Under the pieces are notes generated by a model. It was given only the letters and a program-made list of their open reading frames with translations. It searched no databases and was not told the origin of the DNA. A stretch of 62,671 nucleotides of DNA, the filler included, from Squatina squatina (lineage: Eukaryota): NCBI GenBank assembly GCA_031763465.1. It is 4 parts of 4 records of this genome, joined end to end, with 100 filler letters (N's around TTAATTAATTAA, not from the genome) between each part and the next. Parts side by side here need not be neighbours in the genome. Positions count along the whole stretch, not along the records: positions 47,001 to 62,671 come from JARFOE010000192.1; 3 more parts are not named here. One strand, written 5' to 3'. Shown piece by piece: positions 48,735 through 62,671 of the stretch; position 1 is the stretch's first letter, and every line of letters starts with the position of its first letter. The translations under genes and the position numbers were made by a program.

Positions 48735-51700
48735 CTGTAAAAAAACAAGCGGAATGTTAGCGTGCAGACGGAAGAGACACTTTCCTGAAAACCAGCCAGT
48801 TCTGAAACAATATCCCTGCCCAAGTCTGCCTGATACACATTGATGAACTTCTGATGCTGGGATATAGAAAGTGCCACTGACCAATCATGGAGGAGCTCTT
48901 TCATGTCAGTGTGTGCGCACATGGCCTTTATTTAAAGGTTAGCGCTTCCTCAAACAATCCTGGAGCAGACTTAACGTTTCAGGTACAAGTCTCTAAATGT
49001 CCAAATTCAAACACTGTAAGATTCTACTTTGATTTGTTAGCAACCCTTCTTACATACCAAATTCTATATCATTTCCAAAGTGTTTCATGTTTGACAAAGC
49101 TTAAATAATCCTAATTTAAAAATTATAGCTTAATATCACAGACTGTATAAATAATTAACAGTCGGTCAATAAATGAAATGCTTATGTAACCACCATAATT
49201 AGTAATATTCTGGTAACACCACTCGTGGAGAACGAGGTAATCATTTATAAATGTTTGATAATGTTGTGTTACATGCATTATTAATTTGTAATAAATATTG
49301 GTCATGAAATATTTAAACATGTGTTGTTATATCATTTGAATCTACCACGTAAGGCTCATCTTTTTGAGGCTGAACTATACCAGAGTAGTCTCATTTGTAT
49401 TCTTAACCTAAACAGGATAAACATCATCAAAAATGAGTAACTGTTTTCTGGCTATAATGCCTATGTCTCCATATTATTGTAAAACGACAACATTTTATCT
49501 TAAGCGCTCAGTGCTGCCTATTGTTACAATCAATTTATAGCTTTGAATTGCCGCATAATCCCAACTGTAATAAAGGGAGTTAGTCTGTACACTTACTGAT
49601 GTCTTACAGTCACTTTTGCTCTCGCATTGCTATTTTAAAACAACTGGCTGGGGCCACTTTTGAAACAATAGGGTGGGTTTACATATGACCCCTTCCATTG
49701 TGCAAGAGGCGAGCAGAGGGAGTACTGTGCACAGTTCTGGTCTCCATGTTACAAAAAAGATATCGAGGCACTGGAGAAGGTGCAAAAAAGATTAACAAGG
49801 AAGATAACAGAAGAGGTTCAAACAATCAGGAAAGACTGAATGTGCCGGGGCACTTTTCTCTCGAAAGNNNNNNNNNNNNNNNNNNNNNNNNNNNNNNNNN
49901 NNNNNNNNNNNNNNNNNNNNNNNNNNNNNNNNNNNNNNNNNNNNNNNNNNNNNNNNNNNNNNNNNNNCTGACCTGCTGAGTTTTTCCAGCATTTTTTGTT
50001 TGTATTCTAGATTCCAGCATCCGCAGTATTTCGCTTCTGTATTGCAGTTTTATTTATAGTACATTCAGCCTAAATAAATAGATGGTACAGTTCCTTTTGT
50101 GCAGCAATGAAGGATGTCCTACTTGTAGTGCATCAACTTGCATACTTTTGATATAGAGTACAGAATCCACTGCTCAACGTCCTGGCACAGATACTAACAC
50201 TGATAAGGTTCATTTACAGATGGATAATATTATCTAGCACTTTGTTTTATGGATGTGCAGTTGTGGTCAATACCTGCCACTCATCAAGATGCAAGTACTC
50301 GCCAAGCAAGATTAAACATGCAACGTTCACTGACTAGACTCAGCTCAGTCTTCGCAAATTGATGTTAGAATATTTATGGGCCGGTAGTAGAAAAATATTA
50401 GCATAGACATGAAATAATATAAAATCTTGTTCAAAAAGTATAAGCTGGGTGGGCTTATTCCATCACATTTTAACCTTTTTAAAACTGTACTGTAGCTGAA
50501 AATTGCATTGTTACATGTTGAGTTAAATCAGGAAACATCTAATGGTGGAACTCTCAAGTTATCACCAGCAGAACTTAAAAGTGCTGATGAGTTCTGAGAA
50601 GGCAAACCTGACCTGCAGAATAATGTATCAGGAGATGGTTGTGTATTTCTTGCCCTTTGATCTTCAGCCCCTTGCCTGCCGTAACAGGAAGCGAGATGCT
50701 CACCCTTGTATCGGGCTCTTTGCAAGAATCAGATACAATTAACGATTCACAGATCTGGCTCATATGACAACATATATTTAAATCTCCTGCATAGTGCATT
50801 GCCCTTTCCCTAACATATATCCATGAAAACAGCACTGACAAAATTAGAACAAAAAATCTTGCAGGCTTGTTGCATATATATATATAAAAGAAACACGCTG
50901 TAGCCNNNNNNNNNNNNNNNNNNNNNNNNNNNNNNNNNNNNNNNNNNNNNNNNNNNNNNNNNNNNNNNNNNNNNNNNNNNNNNNNNNNNNNNNNNNNNNN
51001 NNNNNACCAAAGTGAGGAAACAGAATCACAAAGACATTAGGAGAAAATAAAATTTAGCTGGGTTCCAAGGTTGGGTGAGGTGACCCTTTTCTCAACCTTG
51101 ACTTTTCTTGTGATGAATTAAATTATAGAGCTCATTTTGTGCTCCCAAGATGTGCAGGATATTGTGAGGACAAAGCTTATAATTGCCTGTCCGTTAATTA
51201 TAACACGTAGCACCTCACAGGCTGTGTGCTTGGAACATTCCACAGTACACTTCCTCAGAGTGGCACTTCTTGTAAGCGTGTGTACGGGGAATCGGTCTTT
51301 ATAAGTATTACATTTTATTGGCTTACTCACAAAGCTATAGGGGTAGATTTTCTTCCAATTGCTAACCTTTGTTTTCTAAAAAGTCAGTGTGAGTGTAAAG
51401 CAGGTGTTTTGAAAACATTAATGAATGGAGAAAAATATACCTTGATATTCTGCCAAGTGATCAGAGACACATGTTACTTTGCAGTGGATGAATTCACAGT
51501 GCACCTTGGAGAGTTACAAACCTTTCTCACAATTAAATCTATTCTGAATGGGATTGTATCATGTTTTCCTGCAGTCATGCTGTATCATCTTCTAGAGAAG
51601 TGAACAATATTTACTCTTTTCACCAAACAATAGAAACTTCTTCATTCGAGCATTTCCAACATTACATTTTCAAGTTATTCCTAAAGAGTAAGTCGCATTT

Positions 51701-51999
51701 GAAATGCTTTGGGTGCCACAGCTAACATATCCTGACTTCTAGAATTTTCTTCCAAAACCACTCCAGCTTGCGACCTCTTGCCCTTCATTCAAAAGACTTA
51801 AAAAATTTCTGATTACACCTTTAGCTTCCCTCCTAAGTACCTTCACTCCCTGCTCAACTCTGAGCTCTCCTCCTCATAATGTATTGCAAAACATTCTCCT
51901 AAAAAGGAGATGGATCATCAGAGCATGTTTCTACCCATTGCAGCATGGATCTGTCTGGATCTTGCTGAAGGGACAGTGAGTGCAGAGGCTTCCACCTCG

Positions 52000-52900
52000 C
52001 TGGCCTGTGACATCTCCCAGAACCAGCCATGCATCCCAGGCTACGATTTCACCTACCTCAGCGGGACCGAGTGGGCGGCAGTGGTGGCAGGTCCCAACCC
52101 CGCTGCTGTCTCCAGCCCGGCCTCCCACACGACTTTCCTCTGATTGGGCTTGTTAAGCCCACCCAATGTGTTTCCTAGCCAGTTAAAAGGAAACAGGTCT
52201 GATGACAGCACTTGATGGTTGGTTTCCTTAAAGGGACCATGCACAAATTTATTTTGACATTTGTGCTGTCAGTGTTCTATGGCATTGAGGTGCTGCAAAC
52301 ACTGACAATCACTGCACAAAGGTGCAGGGCTGCACCCAGGCTCTCCCATGACTCAAGTCACAGCACACAGGGAGGTCCTCTTCCCTTCATAAGGCAAGAA
52401 GACAACTCCCCAGGAGATCAACACAGCACATTGCAGAGGAGGTCACCAGCAGTGTGTGGTCATGACTTGGGTGCAGTGCCGCAAACCTTTCAATTATCTC
52501 AGTAGATCACGAAACGTTATTGCAAAGCCACACTCAACTTCATCCTGCTGTGCCACTCATCTCACCCCCATCACTCTGCCTTCCCTACCCGACTCCTACA
52601 CATCCTTACTCACACCAACTTACCTTGCACCTCCACCCATCCCTCTATCTGCATTATCACATACCTGTCTCATTAGCCTCACACTCACCCTCATCCTTGT
52701 TCAATCAACTAACAACACACAAGGGTAGGCACTTAGGTCTTTTTGTCCAATGTTCATGTAAAGTTTCTGTTAATGTGTTGTCAAACATTGAAATCTTTAT
52801 TTTCAACACTTTACCGCCTTGGACAGATTTGTGCGCATCTTTGGATGTGGCTTCGAGTTGTAGTGAATGGCCAGACATAAGGGCAGGGCCTGGGGCAAAT
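52000..52900 (+). mobile_element. PIF/Harbinger-like element fragment with decayed Myb/SANT-like ORF
   Basis: AQRCRAAPRLSHDS...TWVQCRKPFNYLSRS; homologous to 6655-7436 (-). Confidence 0.72.
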
Positions 52901-53014
52901 CAGCCTTTGCGGGNNNNNNNNNNNNNNNNNNNNNNNNNNNNNNNNNNNNNNNNNNNNNNNNNNNNNNNNNNNNNNNNNNNNNNNNNNNNNNNNNNNNNNN
53001 NNNNNNNNNNNNNA

Positions 53015-53180
53015 ATGACTGAGCCTCCACAGCCCTCTGGGGTAGAGAATTCCAAAGATTCACCACCCTCTGAGTGAAGAAATTTCTCCTTATCTCTGCC
53101 CTAAATGGCCGACTCCCAATTCTGAGACTGTGGCCCTTGGTCCTAGACTCCCCAGCCAGGAGAAACATCCTCCCTGCAAC
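53015..53180 (-). mobile_element. CR1-type LINE 3' fragment
   Basis: ESRTKGHSLRI.SRPFRAEIRRNFFTQRVVNLWNSLPQRAVEA. Confidence 0.85.
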
Positions 53181-54212
53181 TACCCTATTATAGAACATAG
53201 CCTCCTCAACAGCTGCCTCGTTCTCCTTTCCTCTGTCCTGTTCTCCTCTTCTATTAAAATTGGAAAGAATGGCAAAATCCACTGGGAATATCATACCTGG
53301 TGCTCAGAATTTCTTACTGTGGGTGGGGGAGAGAGGGCAAAAAAAATGCTGATAGTCTTAGAAGCACTCAGGTGGTCCAAGGAAAGTCTAGCTCTATCCA
53401 AGTGCCAAGCTAAAAAGAAAAATATTTTAAAAATATGTAAAAAAGGAAGGCAGTAAAAAGGATGGCTACCTTTACGGGAGACAGAAAATGAAGAATACTG
53501 CACTATAAAACCATTGTGGGGAAATTTCCATTTAATTTAAATGAAACTAATATTCAAAAATGCTATTCATTGCAGATTTATAAAGCTTTCAAAGCAATTA
53601 CCTTTATATGTAAGCAATAATGCCCCACACCATGCATATCTAATGTAACGATTGTTATTATGAGCCTATTGTCAGGAATACATATTTTAATTGCCAAAAG
53701 ATGAATTGCATTCTGTTTAAATTATTATTAACTAATACTCTACTAAACACCCTCTAAAACACTTCTCTCCTAAAAGGGGCCATTTGGCCAGCTAGAATAA
53801 TCTGAGACACTGCGTGTGCTCTTTCAGAAAGATTTGGGGCCTGAAATTTGACACTTTTTAGCACCCTTTCTCACCTTATGAAGGCGTGATGGAGGTGCCA
53901 AAAAAAATTTGTGCGTTAAAAGCCCGATTAGTGCCTCCTGCAAAATTCGGCCCCCATTTTCTTTGGACACAAAAAAATTGCGCCTCCGCGGCCCGGAGAG
54001 GCACAATTTTTCAAGGCACGAACTGCCGGTGAAGTCATCAAGTCACTCAACGCCTCCACGGCACCTCCTAGCTAAATTCGGCAGAATCAGCGCATTAAGT
54101 GTCCTCCAAAAACAACGCCAGAAAAAGTTGTCGGTACACAGGATTCCCGGGGCGGTACGCCATCTTGGTTGAGGGTTTGAAGAGCCGACTCATTGTGAGC
54201 ATGCCGAGTGGG

Positions 54213-55169
54213 NNNNNNNNNNNNNNNNNNNNNNNNNNNNNNNNNNNNNNNNNNNNNNNNNNNNNNNNNNNNNNNNNNNNNNNNNNNNNNNNNNNNNNNN
54301 NNNNNNNNNNNNNNNNNNNNNNNNNNNNNNNNNNNNNNNNNNNNNNNNNNNNNNNNNNNNNNNNNNNNNNNNNNNNNNNNNNNNNNNNNNNNNNNNNNNN
54401 NNNNNNNNNNNNNNNNNNNNNNNNNNNNNNNNNNNNNNNNNNNNNNNNNNNNNNNNNNNNNNNNNNNNNNNNNNNNNNNNNNNNNNNNNNNNNNNNNNNN
54501 NNNNNNNNNNNNNNNNNNNNNNNNNNNNNNNNNNNNNNNNNNNNNNNNNNNNNNNNNNNNNNNNNNNNNNNNNNNNNNNNNNNNNNNNNNNNNNNNNNNN
54601 NNNNNNNNNNNNNNNNNNNNNNNNNNNNNNNNNNNNNNNNNNNNNNNNNNNNNNNNNNNNNNNNNNNNNNNNNNNNNNNNNNNNNNNNNNNNNNNNNNNN
54701 NNNNNNNNNNNNNNNNNNNNNNNNNNNNNNNNNNNNNNNNNNNNNNNNNNNNNNNNNNNNNNNNNNNNNNNNNNNNNNNNNNNNNNNNNNNNNNNNNNNN
54801 NNNNNNNNNNNNNNNNNNNNNNNNNNNNNNNNNNNNNNNNNNNNNNNNNNNNNNNNNNNNNNNNNNNNNNNNNNNNNNNNNNNNNNNNNNNNNNNNNNNN
54901 NNNNNNNNNNNNNNNNNNNNNNNNNNNNNNNNNNNNNNNNNNNNNNNNNNNNNNNNNNNNNNNNNNNNNNNNNNNNNNNNNNNNNNNNNNNNNNNNNNNN
55001 NNNNNNNNNNNNNNNNNNNNNNNNNNNNNNNNNNNNNNNNNNNNNNNNNNNNNNNNNNNNNNNNNNNNNNNNNNNNNNNNNNNNNNNNNNNNNNNNNNNN
55101 NNNNNNNNNNNNNNNNNNNNNNNNNNNNNNNNNNNNNNNNNNNNNNNNNNNNNNNNNNNNNNNNNNNNN
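54213..55169. other. Sized assembly gap (~957 N)
   Basis: N run; the long ORFs spanning it are artefacts. Confidence 0.98.
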
Positions 55170-58100
55170 GAGGGACCTTGTCTGGGGTGGAACCTTTACC
55201 TACTGCAAACATGGTTCCCCCCTCTCATCAAAGGGAGGCAGACAGGGTGCTTGGACTTCACCTCCCCCCACTATCCCCCCACCCCCAGCGCACCACCCAC
55301 AGTCCAGCCAGCTTCCTCCCATTGTTCAAGGTCTTCAATGGGGGAGGGGGGGATGATGTGCCTCAGATGGTGCTCCCCATAATGCCCAAGGTTCATTTCT
55401 GGAGGACCTTCCCCAGGTCCTGGGAACTTTGGTAATGTCAGCAGTGGAGATGCTGAGCAGTTTCGATCCTGCTGGATGCTCCCCTGCTGAGTTTTAGGGC
55501 CATTGTCACCTTTGAAAAAATAATCAGAGCAGGTTTCAATTTTATATCTCTATACTTAAATTCTAAATTTTTGAAATCCGGAATACTATTTTGCGAAGAC
55601 GAGGATAATCTTGTCTATTTTTGCAAGTGCACAACATTTTTGACCAAGTGCGAAGCATTCGTGCAATGCAAGATGAAGACAATCTTAGAGGTTATTACCA
55701 TGCAAATTGGACTCCACATGCTATTTTCAAAACTTTAAACAGGCACAGCTAGGAAATGTCTGCTATAATTATCTGTGCCTGGTGTGAATCAACATCAATG
55801 AGGTGCAAATCCTTTAAAAAGCTGTGCAATACTGCTCGAAACTTGTAGGAAGTCAAAATATATTTCTGCTTTTAGTTATAAGAGGAAGACCAAACCCAGC
55901 AGGAATCATTTACAAGCTAAAAATTACAAGAAATAACAGATCTTGTACAATTTAAAAATATATATTTGTTCCTGGGATGTGGGCGTCGCTGGCAAGGACA
56001 GCAATTATTGTCCATCCCTAATTGCCCTTGAGAAGGTGGTGGTGGGCGTTTTTCTTGAACCGCTGCAGTCCATGTAGGGAAGGCATTCCAACAGTGCTGT
56101 TAGGGAGGGANNNNNNNNNNNNNNNNNNNNNNNNNNNNNNNNNNNNNNNNNNNNNNNNNNNNNNNNNNNNNNNNNNNNNNNNNNNNNNNNNNNNNNNNNN
56201 NNNNNNNNNNAGAACTGAGAGAAAGCCCAAATCATAACATCCTGAGTCTCATGAGAATTTACAGTAGGCTGAAAAATGCCTCTCATCAAGGTTTTTCCTT
56301 AAGACTCAGTGAAGGATTTACACCACTGCCCAAAAATCACAAGGAAAGGAGAGTAACTCTATGCCCTGATACATCTCCCTGTATTTCCACTTGCCATAGA
56401 CACAGGGCTGATGAGATCATTGGAATGAAAATTGAAATTTGCATGTAGTGAAGATTTCAGAGGGCAAAACTCACAGCTATATATATACACCATTACATGT
56501 GAAAAAGAGACAGAAAGCTTGGCTTTGCGTTGGCAGTTTTGCCACTGCATACTGACAAACACGACACACATCTACAGACCCACACTCCTGCATGATTCCT
56601 GACAGAAATAAATCTCTTTTACACGCGGTCTGTGATACTCTGATAGCTTTCCTTGTCAAGCATATGTCAATAGCCTGGAAATTCAATTTTGCTATGAGCT
56701 TGTGAGACAACAGCATGTATTATTGAAACAGAACAAACCANNNNNNNNNNNNNNNNNNNNNNNNNNNNNNNNNNNNNNNNNNNNNNNNNNNNNNNNNNNN
56801 NNNNNNNNNNNNNNNNNNNNNNNNNNNNNNNNNNNNNNNNGTGTGTTATCAACAAAGTGTGATGGTAAAAGTGTAGTAGAAAGTAAGTGTGACACTTAAA
56901 GGAAGTGTGTACTATATATGAAAGATTTCTTTTTATTGTAGATGTGATTTCAATAAAATGTGTAATTTTCCACTGGAGGCTTGTGCACAGCTTAATTATT
57001 GGAAACATGTATTCTTTCTCATGCTGATAATGAAATGGTCTCTTTATATTCCCTTCATTTATGCTTCATGTAATTCTCACTGTGAAGAATGAATTGATCA
57101 TCATAAATGATTACTGTTGCTCTGCTATTCTTTATAAGTACGAGCAATGCCCCATCACGCTATTTTAATGAACGAGATATTACCCTGGAAACTACTGTTG
57201 AGTTGTTATCACTTAATGCAATTGGATCAAAAATCCCCTCTCTGCTTCGTTAGGCACGGCCCAGTGTAAAGAATTTAAATTGAGTGCATAAAATGTTTAT
57301 ACATCATCAACAGCAATTTCTAGCCTGCAGGGTATGCAGGGTCTGCTCATGTAACTTAATGACTTTACAAATATATATTCATAATAAGGAAGATAAAAGC
57401 AGTGCCAGTAAGTTACTACTTGGAGCCAATTGTCAAAAAGAACCTATTTTATGATAATAAATTGTTGGGCCTCTGAGGAAGTGTCCTGTCCCATATTGAG
57501 CACTGTGACTAAAATGCTCATTGGTTAGTGGCTGTCCCTTTAAATCAGTTTACCAACTGTAAGAGGGTGAGATGAGGAGAAATTTCTTCACTCNNNNNNN
57601 NNNNNNNNNNNNNNNNNNNNNNNNNNNNNNNNNNNNNNNNNNNNNNNNNNNNNNNNNNNNNNNNNNNNNNNNNNNNNNNNNNNNNNNNNNNNNCTTTGCG
57701 CCCACTTAATGCCATGTTAACGCTTAAATAAAGCCATGAATTGGGTGCCCCGGATTTTTACACTCAGGAATCTTTTCAGTGAGAAAATAATCTGCAGTAA
57801 AACACAGTATAGCAATTTTTCAATATCACTAACCTGCTAACTTTCACTAATGTTTAGAAGTGCAGCCTTTCCACCCAGTCTTAAAACAGATTAAAACTGA
57901 TTGTTAATAGTTTAATGTGCTACTGCTATGCTATGGTGTGATTTTAATACCTTAAATTTTACCGAATGCTACTTTCTGAAAAACATGTTAACATTGCTTA
58001 AAGAGCCGAGCATCTCAAACAATATTGCTGATGCTGAGATAGAGTTCAATGATACTAAAGGCTCCTTATCCTACAATCTCAAATAATTAATTTTCAGCAT

Positions 58101-59411
58101 TCTTCACCTCTTAGTGTAAGCAGGACATTATCTTCAAATGACCACAGAGGTAAAATAGGTAAAGACCGCACTCAGCAATCTAGTGTAATCTGTGTATGTG
58201 AGTTAGTAATCTGCACTTCTGCCCAAAGAGTTGTTGCTCCTGTCAGGTGGCTGTGTATTAAGGCAGGTTTATGTATTTGGAGATTTATGATCAGCACTAA
58301 AGCTCTTGAAAAAAATGCATAATTCAGGGTAAGTGCTGATATCTTTACATTGCACACAGCTCCACCTAAAAGCAAAGCTGATAACTAGCTGACAGTAATT
58401 CTTATCCTTGATTTTTCCCCTCCTCATTTTGCAGCACTAAATTCCCTCGTAACACATACATACAGCAAAAGCTGAATCAGTCACATCACTCAAAAAGTAA
58501 TTTCACAATCCTTTTGGCTGGAACAAATCTGAACTGGGTAGCTATGAGAAGTGATGACCATCGACCAATAAAAAAACAGAACCACCAATTCATCAGTAGA
58601 TTTGTAGATGTTTACAGCACAGAAATTAAGGGAATCAAGGGATATGGGGATAGTGCAGGAAAATGGCGTTGAGGTAGAAGATCAGCCAGGAACTTTTTGA
58701 ATGATGGAGCAAGGCTTGAGGAGCCGAATGGCCGACTACTGCTCCTATTTCTTATGTAGAAAGAGGCCATTCAACCTATTGTTCCTGTGCTATCTCTTTG
58801 CTAGAACAATACAAAACTAATCCCACTGCCCTGACCTCTCTTTAACAAAATGTCGTGTGTTCTGCCGCTTAAAATATTTATCCAATTTTCCCTTAAAAGC
58901 TGCTCTGCCGTGTAACAAGGCATTCCACCTTTCAACAAACCACTGTATAAAAAAATTCTCCGAAGCTCTCTCCTCACTCTCTGAGTAATAGTTCTCATCA
59001 CTGGATCCCCAGTCAGAGGAAATGGTTTTTCCCCTATTTACCCTATTAAAACCAATGATTTAATCTCCTCTTCATCTTCTCTGCTTCAGTGGAAATAGTC
59101 TCAAGTCTCTCCTCAGAACTATATTTTCCCATCCCCGGTGAATCTGTGCTGTGCGCTTTCTGTCGCTTTAAACTCCTTTCTGTCATGGGGTGCACACAGT
59201 ACTNNNNNNNNNNNNNNNNNNNNNNNNNNNNNNNNNNNNNNNNNNNNNNNNNNNNNNNNNNNNNNNNNNNNNNNNNNNNNNNNNNNNNNNNNNNNNNNNN
59301 NNNATGTGAAACCCCATTACAGCTTGTTGGAACAATTTTGGTGTAGAAATGTCTGAATAGTGTATACTTATGCTTGTTGTCTAGGCTCACACACAGGAAG
59401 AGTTGTAAATC

Positions 59412-59700
59412 AGAAAATGCTGGAAATACTCAGCGGGTCAGACAGCATCTGTGTAGAGAGAAACAGAGTTCTGACCTTTCATCAGAAGTAGAAAAAGTTC
59501 AAGATGTAACAGATTTTAAGCAAGTGCAAAGGGCGGGGAAGGGGTGAGGGGAGGAAAGAACAAAAGGGAATGTCGGTGATATGGTGGAAGGCATCGACCT
59601 GAAACATTAACTTTGTTTCTCTCACCACAGAGGTTGTGTGACCTGCTGAGTGTTTCCAGCATTTTTCGTTTTTATTTCAGGTTTCCAGCATCCGCAGCAT
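59412..59700. repeat. Short element with inverted ends (possibly Penelope-derived)
   Basis: aaaatgctggaaatactcagcgggtca...aaacagagtt and aactttgtttctc...tgacctgctgagtgtttccagcatttt face each other; the same unit abuts gaps at ~39470, 45724, 46900 and 49968. Confidence 0.65.
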
Positions 59701-62671
59701 TTTTCTACTAAAACATCATCAGTTATCAGATGAGTGCAGGAAAGGGTGGGGGCCAGTCCTACAGATCTGTATCTCAGCACCTTCAGTGGGTTGGGGAAGG
59801 CAGAGAAGCTGAAAGACATAATGAACTGAATAGTATTTAAAACTGGACTTAGCAATAAAAATGATCCACATGAACAGGTTTTGGTGCCTTCACGTGGATT
59901 TGCAGAAATGCTGAGATATCAGCCCAAAAGTCAAGATGGAAGCGTTTATTGTCATGACACATCACAGGAATGAGGAAGAGATACAGGAGGCATTTAGAAG
60001 GGCATTTGGCAAACATTGAGTATTCAACAGAGGACAGCAGATACTGTCACATGTGAACAAATTTACTCAGGAGGAGTTCAGGTCCACCTCCTCAAACAGT
60101 CTGGTGTAGAGTTAGTTTATAAACTGTTGTTAGAAAGCTAAATGGTTGTCTTTCGCAATTACTATTATTTGGTGATGTTTTAATAAAATGTTATTGCTTA
60201 ATTATCATAACTGGTTATCTCACGTTGCAAAAGTGCATCATAACACATTCCATTTCCTAATGTGCCTTACTGTTGCGCGATAGTGGTCATACCNNNNNNN
60301 NNNNNNNNNNNNNNNNNNNNNNNNNNNNNNNNNNNNNNNNNNNNNNNNNNNNNNNNNNNNNNNNNNNNNNNNNNNNNNNNNNNNNNNNNNNNNCATCCTT
60401 ACAATCCCTATAGGTTTGGGCAATTAAAGAGAGCCCCAGTTCTGATGTAAGAGCTGTCAATCTGCTGCACTGATTAAAAGCTAGGGGCTGTGAGATAAAT
60501 GGGAAAAGACAAGATGCACTGTAGAGAAGAAGGAATGGGCAGAGAAAGATTAAAGTCAGAGCAGAACAGACCAAAAGTAAAATATAATAAGATCTAAGTG
60601 GCGCAATGCAGAATAGAATCCTTATTAACCATTACAGCAGAGCTAGAGGATGAAAGGATAAAGAGAATCGCTANNNNNNNNNNAATCAAAGGGTTGAATA
60701 ATGCAATCATTAATTCTCTCAGTTGGTAATGGATCACTTAAGTAGAAGCCGAACATTTAAGTAATTTGTTTGAAAGACTTCACACAACACGGTAATTAAA
60801 GCGAGTGTGCACGATCCCATCTGAGTAAATTGTGGTGATAAATGAGTTTATTGTAACTCTGAAAAATGACCTCATATAATTCAAGAGCACAAAACTTGGA
60901 ATGAGATACATGCGAATAAATGTTAAAAAGACAGCATGTGATGCATGAAGTGAGCATGTTTTATTTGATTTGTAACCAGGGCTGTGCGGAATATAAAATA
61001 AATGCTGGGGCACAGCTGTTTCATAGTTTAAAAGTGGCACATTGCCCACCAATTCATCTTGTAAATTGCTCTTATTGCTGTTGGTAGATTCACAGATGAC
61101 ATTATTTGAATGAAAAATGACTAAACACTGCACATATTTAAAACAAATCAACAGTGACTTTCCTGAATCTAATGATAGAAGGGAGAGGTAAGCCCAGGAA
61201 TAAGTTAAAAGTCCTGGGCCATTGGCTCTCTTACCAAGAGAACATGAGGAAGATTTTGTACATCTGCAATCTGTAGCAAATCATATACGCTGTTTATATT
61301 TGTGTTTATGGTTTTATTACAAATATAGAAGAGGAAACCTTCCTCTTNNNNNNNNNNNNNNNNNNNNNNNNNNNNNNNNNNNNNNNNNNNNNNNNNNNNN
61401 NNNNNNNNNNNNNNNNNNNNNNNNNNNNNNNNNNNNNNNNNNNNNNNCAACAGTGTCAGTTGAATTCGATCCTATAAAACTGATTTGAAATGCTGCATGG
61501 GAGATTCTATCATTTTAAGTGGAAGAACAAATGGTCTTATTATGTGGAGGAGTCTTTTCTTTAATTGTGCTGCAATTCAGACAGGCTGCAAATCTTTGTG
61601 CAATTGTTATATATTTAATAAAACGATTGCAGCATTTTCAAGTCTGTTATTGGTCACACCTCATTATACAGTGGGAAACGACCCAGACGTGGCTTTGTGA
61701 CATGGTCATTTGACTTCAGATATGTTTTATCACTGATCCCATGCGTGGGAAAGAAAGGTGTAAACTGTGTACCAGCTGCTCGTGAGACCCGATGACCCGA
61801 GTTATTACGATCGAGCAAATCTGAAACTGCACGATAACAATTTAAACTTACAGAAGGCTAATGGGTAGCTAACCAGATTTAGTTTATTTTGAAANNNNNN
61901 NNNNAGCACATACATCTAAATCAAACACGGTTACAGTGCAATTAATTAATTCCTGTATCCAGTCATTCCTGTATCATGGACCATTCAGATACTACAGCTT
62001 CCCAATTAGAAATGTCACGATATAAAAGTGTAACAATGTGATTATCACAGTAAAGGGCAGTTAAGTAACAGAGGAATTTGTGTTCCCAAGTATGCTTTGT
62101 GACAATTAATGCAAGTTCTAAACGGAGACAAGCCATTTTCTTTTTGTTACTCTTCTGAGAATTTTTGAAAAGCAAACAAATATTCTACCAAGATTACAAC
62201 ATAAGAACACAAGAAATAGGAGCAGGAGTAGGCCATTTGGCCCCTCGAGCCTGCTCCACCATTCAATGAGATCAAGGCTGATCTGTTTCTGACCTTAACT
62301 CCACTTCCTTGCCTGTTCCCCATAACCTTTGACTCCCTTGCTGCTCAATAATCTGTCTATCTTGTATTTAAAATGTATTTAAATAATTCACAATGTATTT
62401 CATTTAATCAGAGACTGTCCAAAGAGTTTATTTTAAATAACATTACTGCACAATAATTATTTTTAAATGTATTAGTTCTCGTTTTGTAAATTTCTTATTG
62501 TTTCCTTTTACAGTGAACTTTTAAAAAAAAACACAAGTAACCTTTTGACATAAAGTGGAAAAAGGAAGATCGGGTGTTTAACAATGTCAAAAGGTTTCTT
62601 TTCTACTTAATTAGCAGTTATAGCAATATGAACAAAAACAGATTATTATGGTGATCAGGAAGTTTAAGTGT

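Noticed and set aside
54099-55382. Longest ORFs in the track (427, 382 and 340 aa)
   Set aside because: Almost entirely X from a ~957-N gap.

Overview
Eukaryotic DNA, most likely from a cartilaginous fish (inferred from the repeat content), in a fragmented assembly. The window is four unrelated pieces of about 15.4-15.8 kb, joined by artificial spacers (44N-TTAATTAATTAA-44N at 15518, 31003 and 46901). Each piece contains many 100-N gaps, some of which demonstrably hide missing exons. Exons identified by translation and splice sites: piece 1, FOXK1 (2 exons) and CYP3A (2); piece 2, IMPA1 (4) and ZFAND1 (3); piece 3, CERCAM, RALGDS (3), probable CCDC180, PSMD5 (2), an RI-type LRR exon, an ERICH3/DUF4590-like exon and B3GALT9; piece 4, one SLC12A2/NKCC1-like exon. 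The rest is intron or intergenic DNA rich in decayed CR1/L2/L1/RTE LINEs, SINEs, Harbinger-type Myb elements and MITEs. Gene names come from my recall of vertebrate orthologues, not from a database search. Repeat boundaries are approximate. No clearly new biological system is demonstrable. The best leads are a phase-compatible DUF4590-like + LRR exon pair, a KFGW-to-KFDW change in the NKCC1-like exon, a ~375-bp local inverted duplication, and an atypical ZFAND1 intron.
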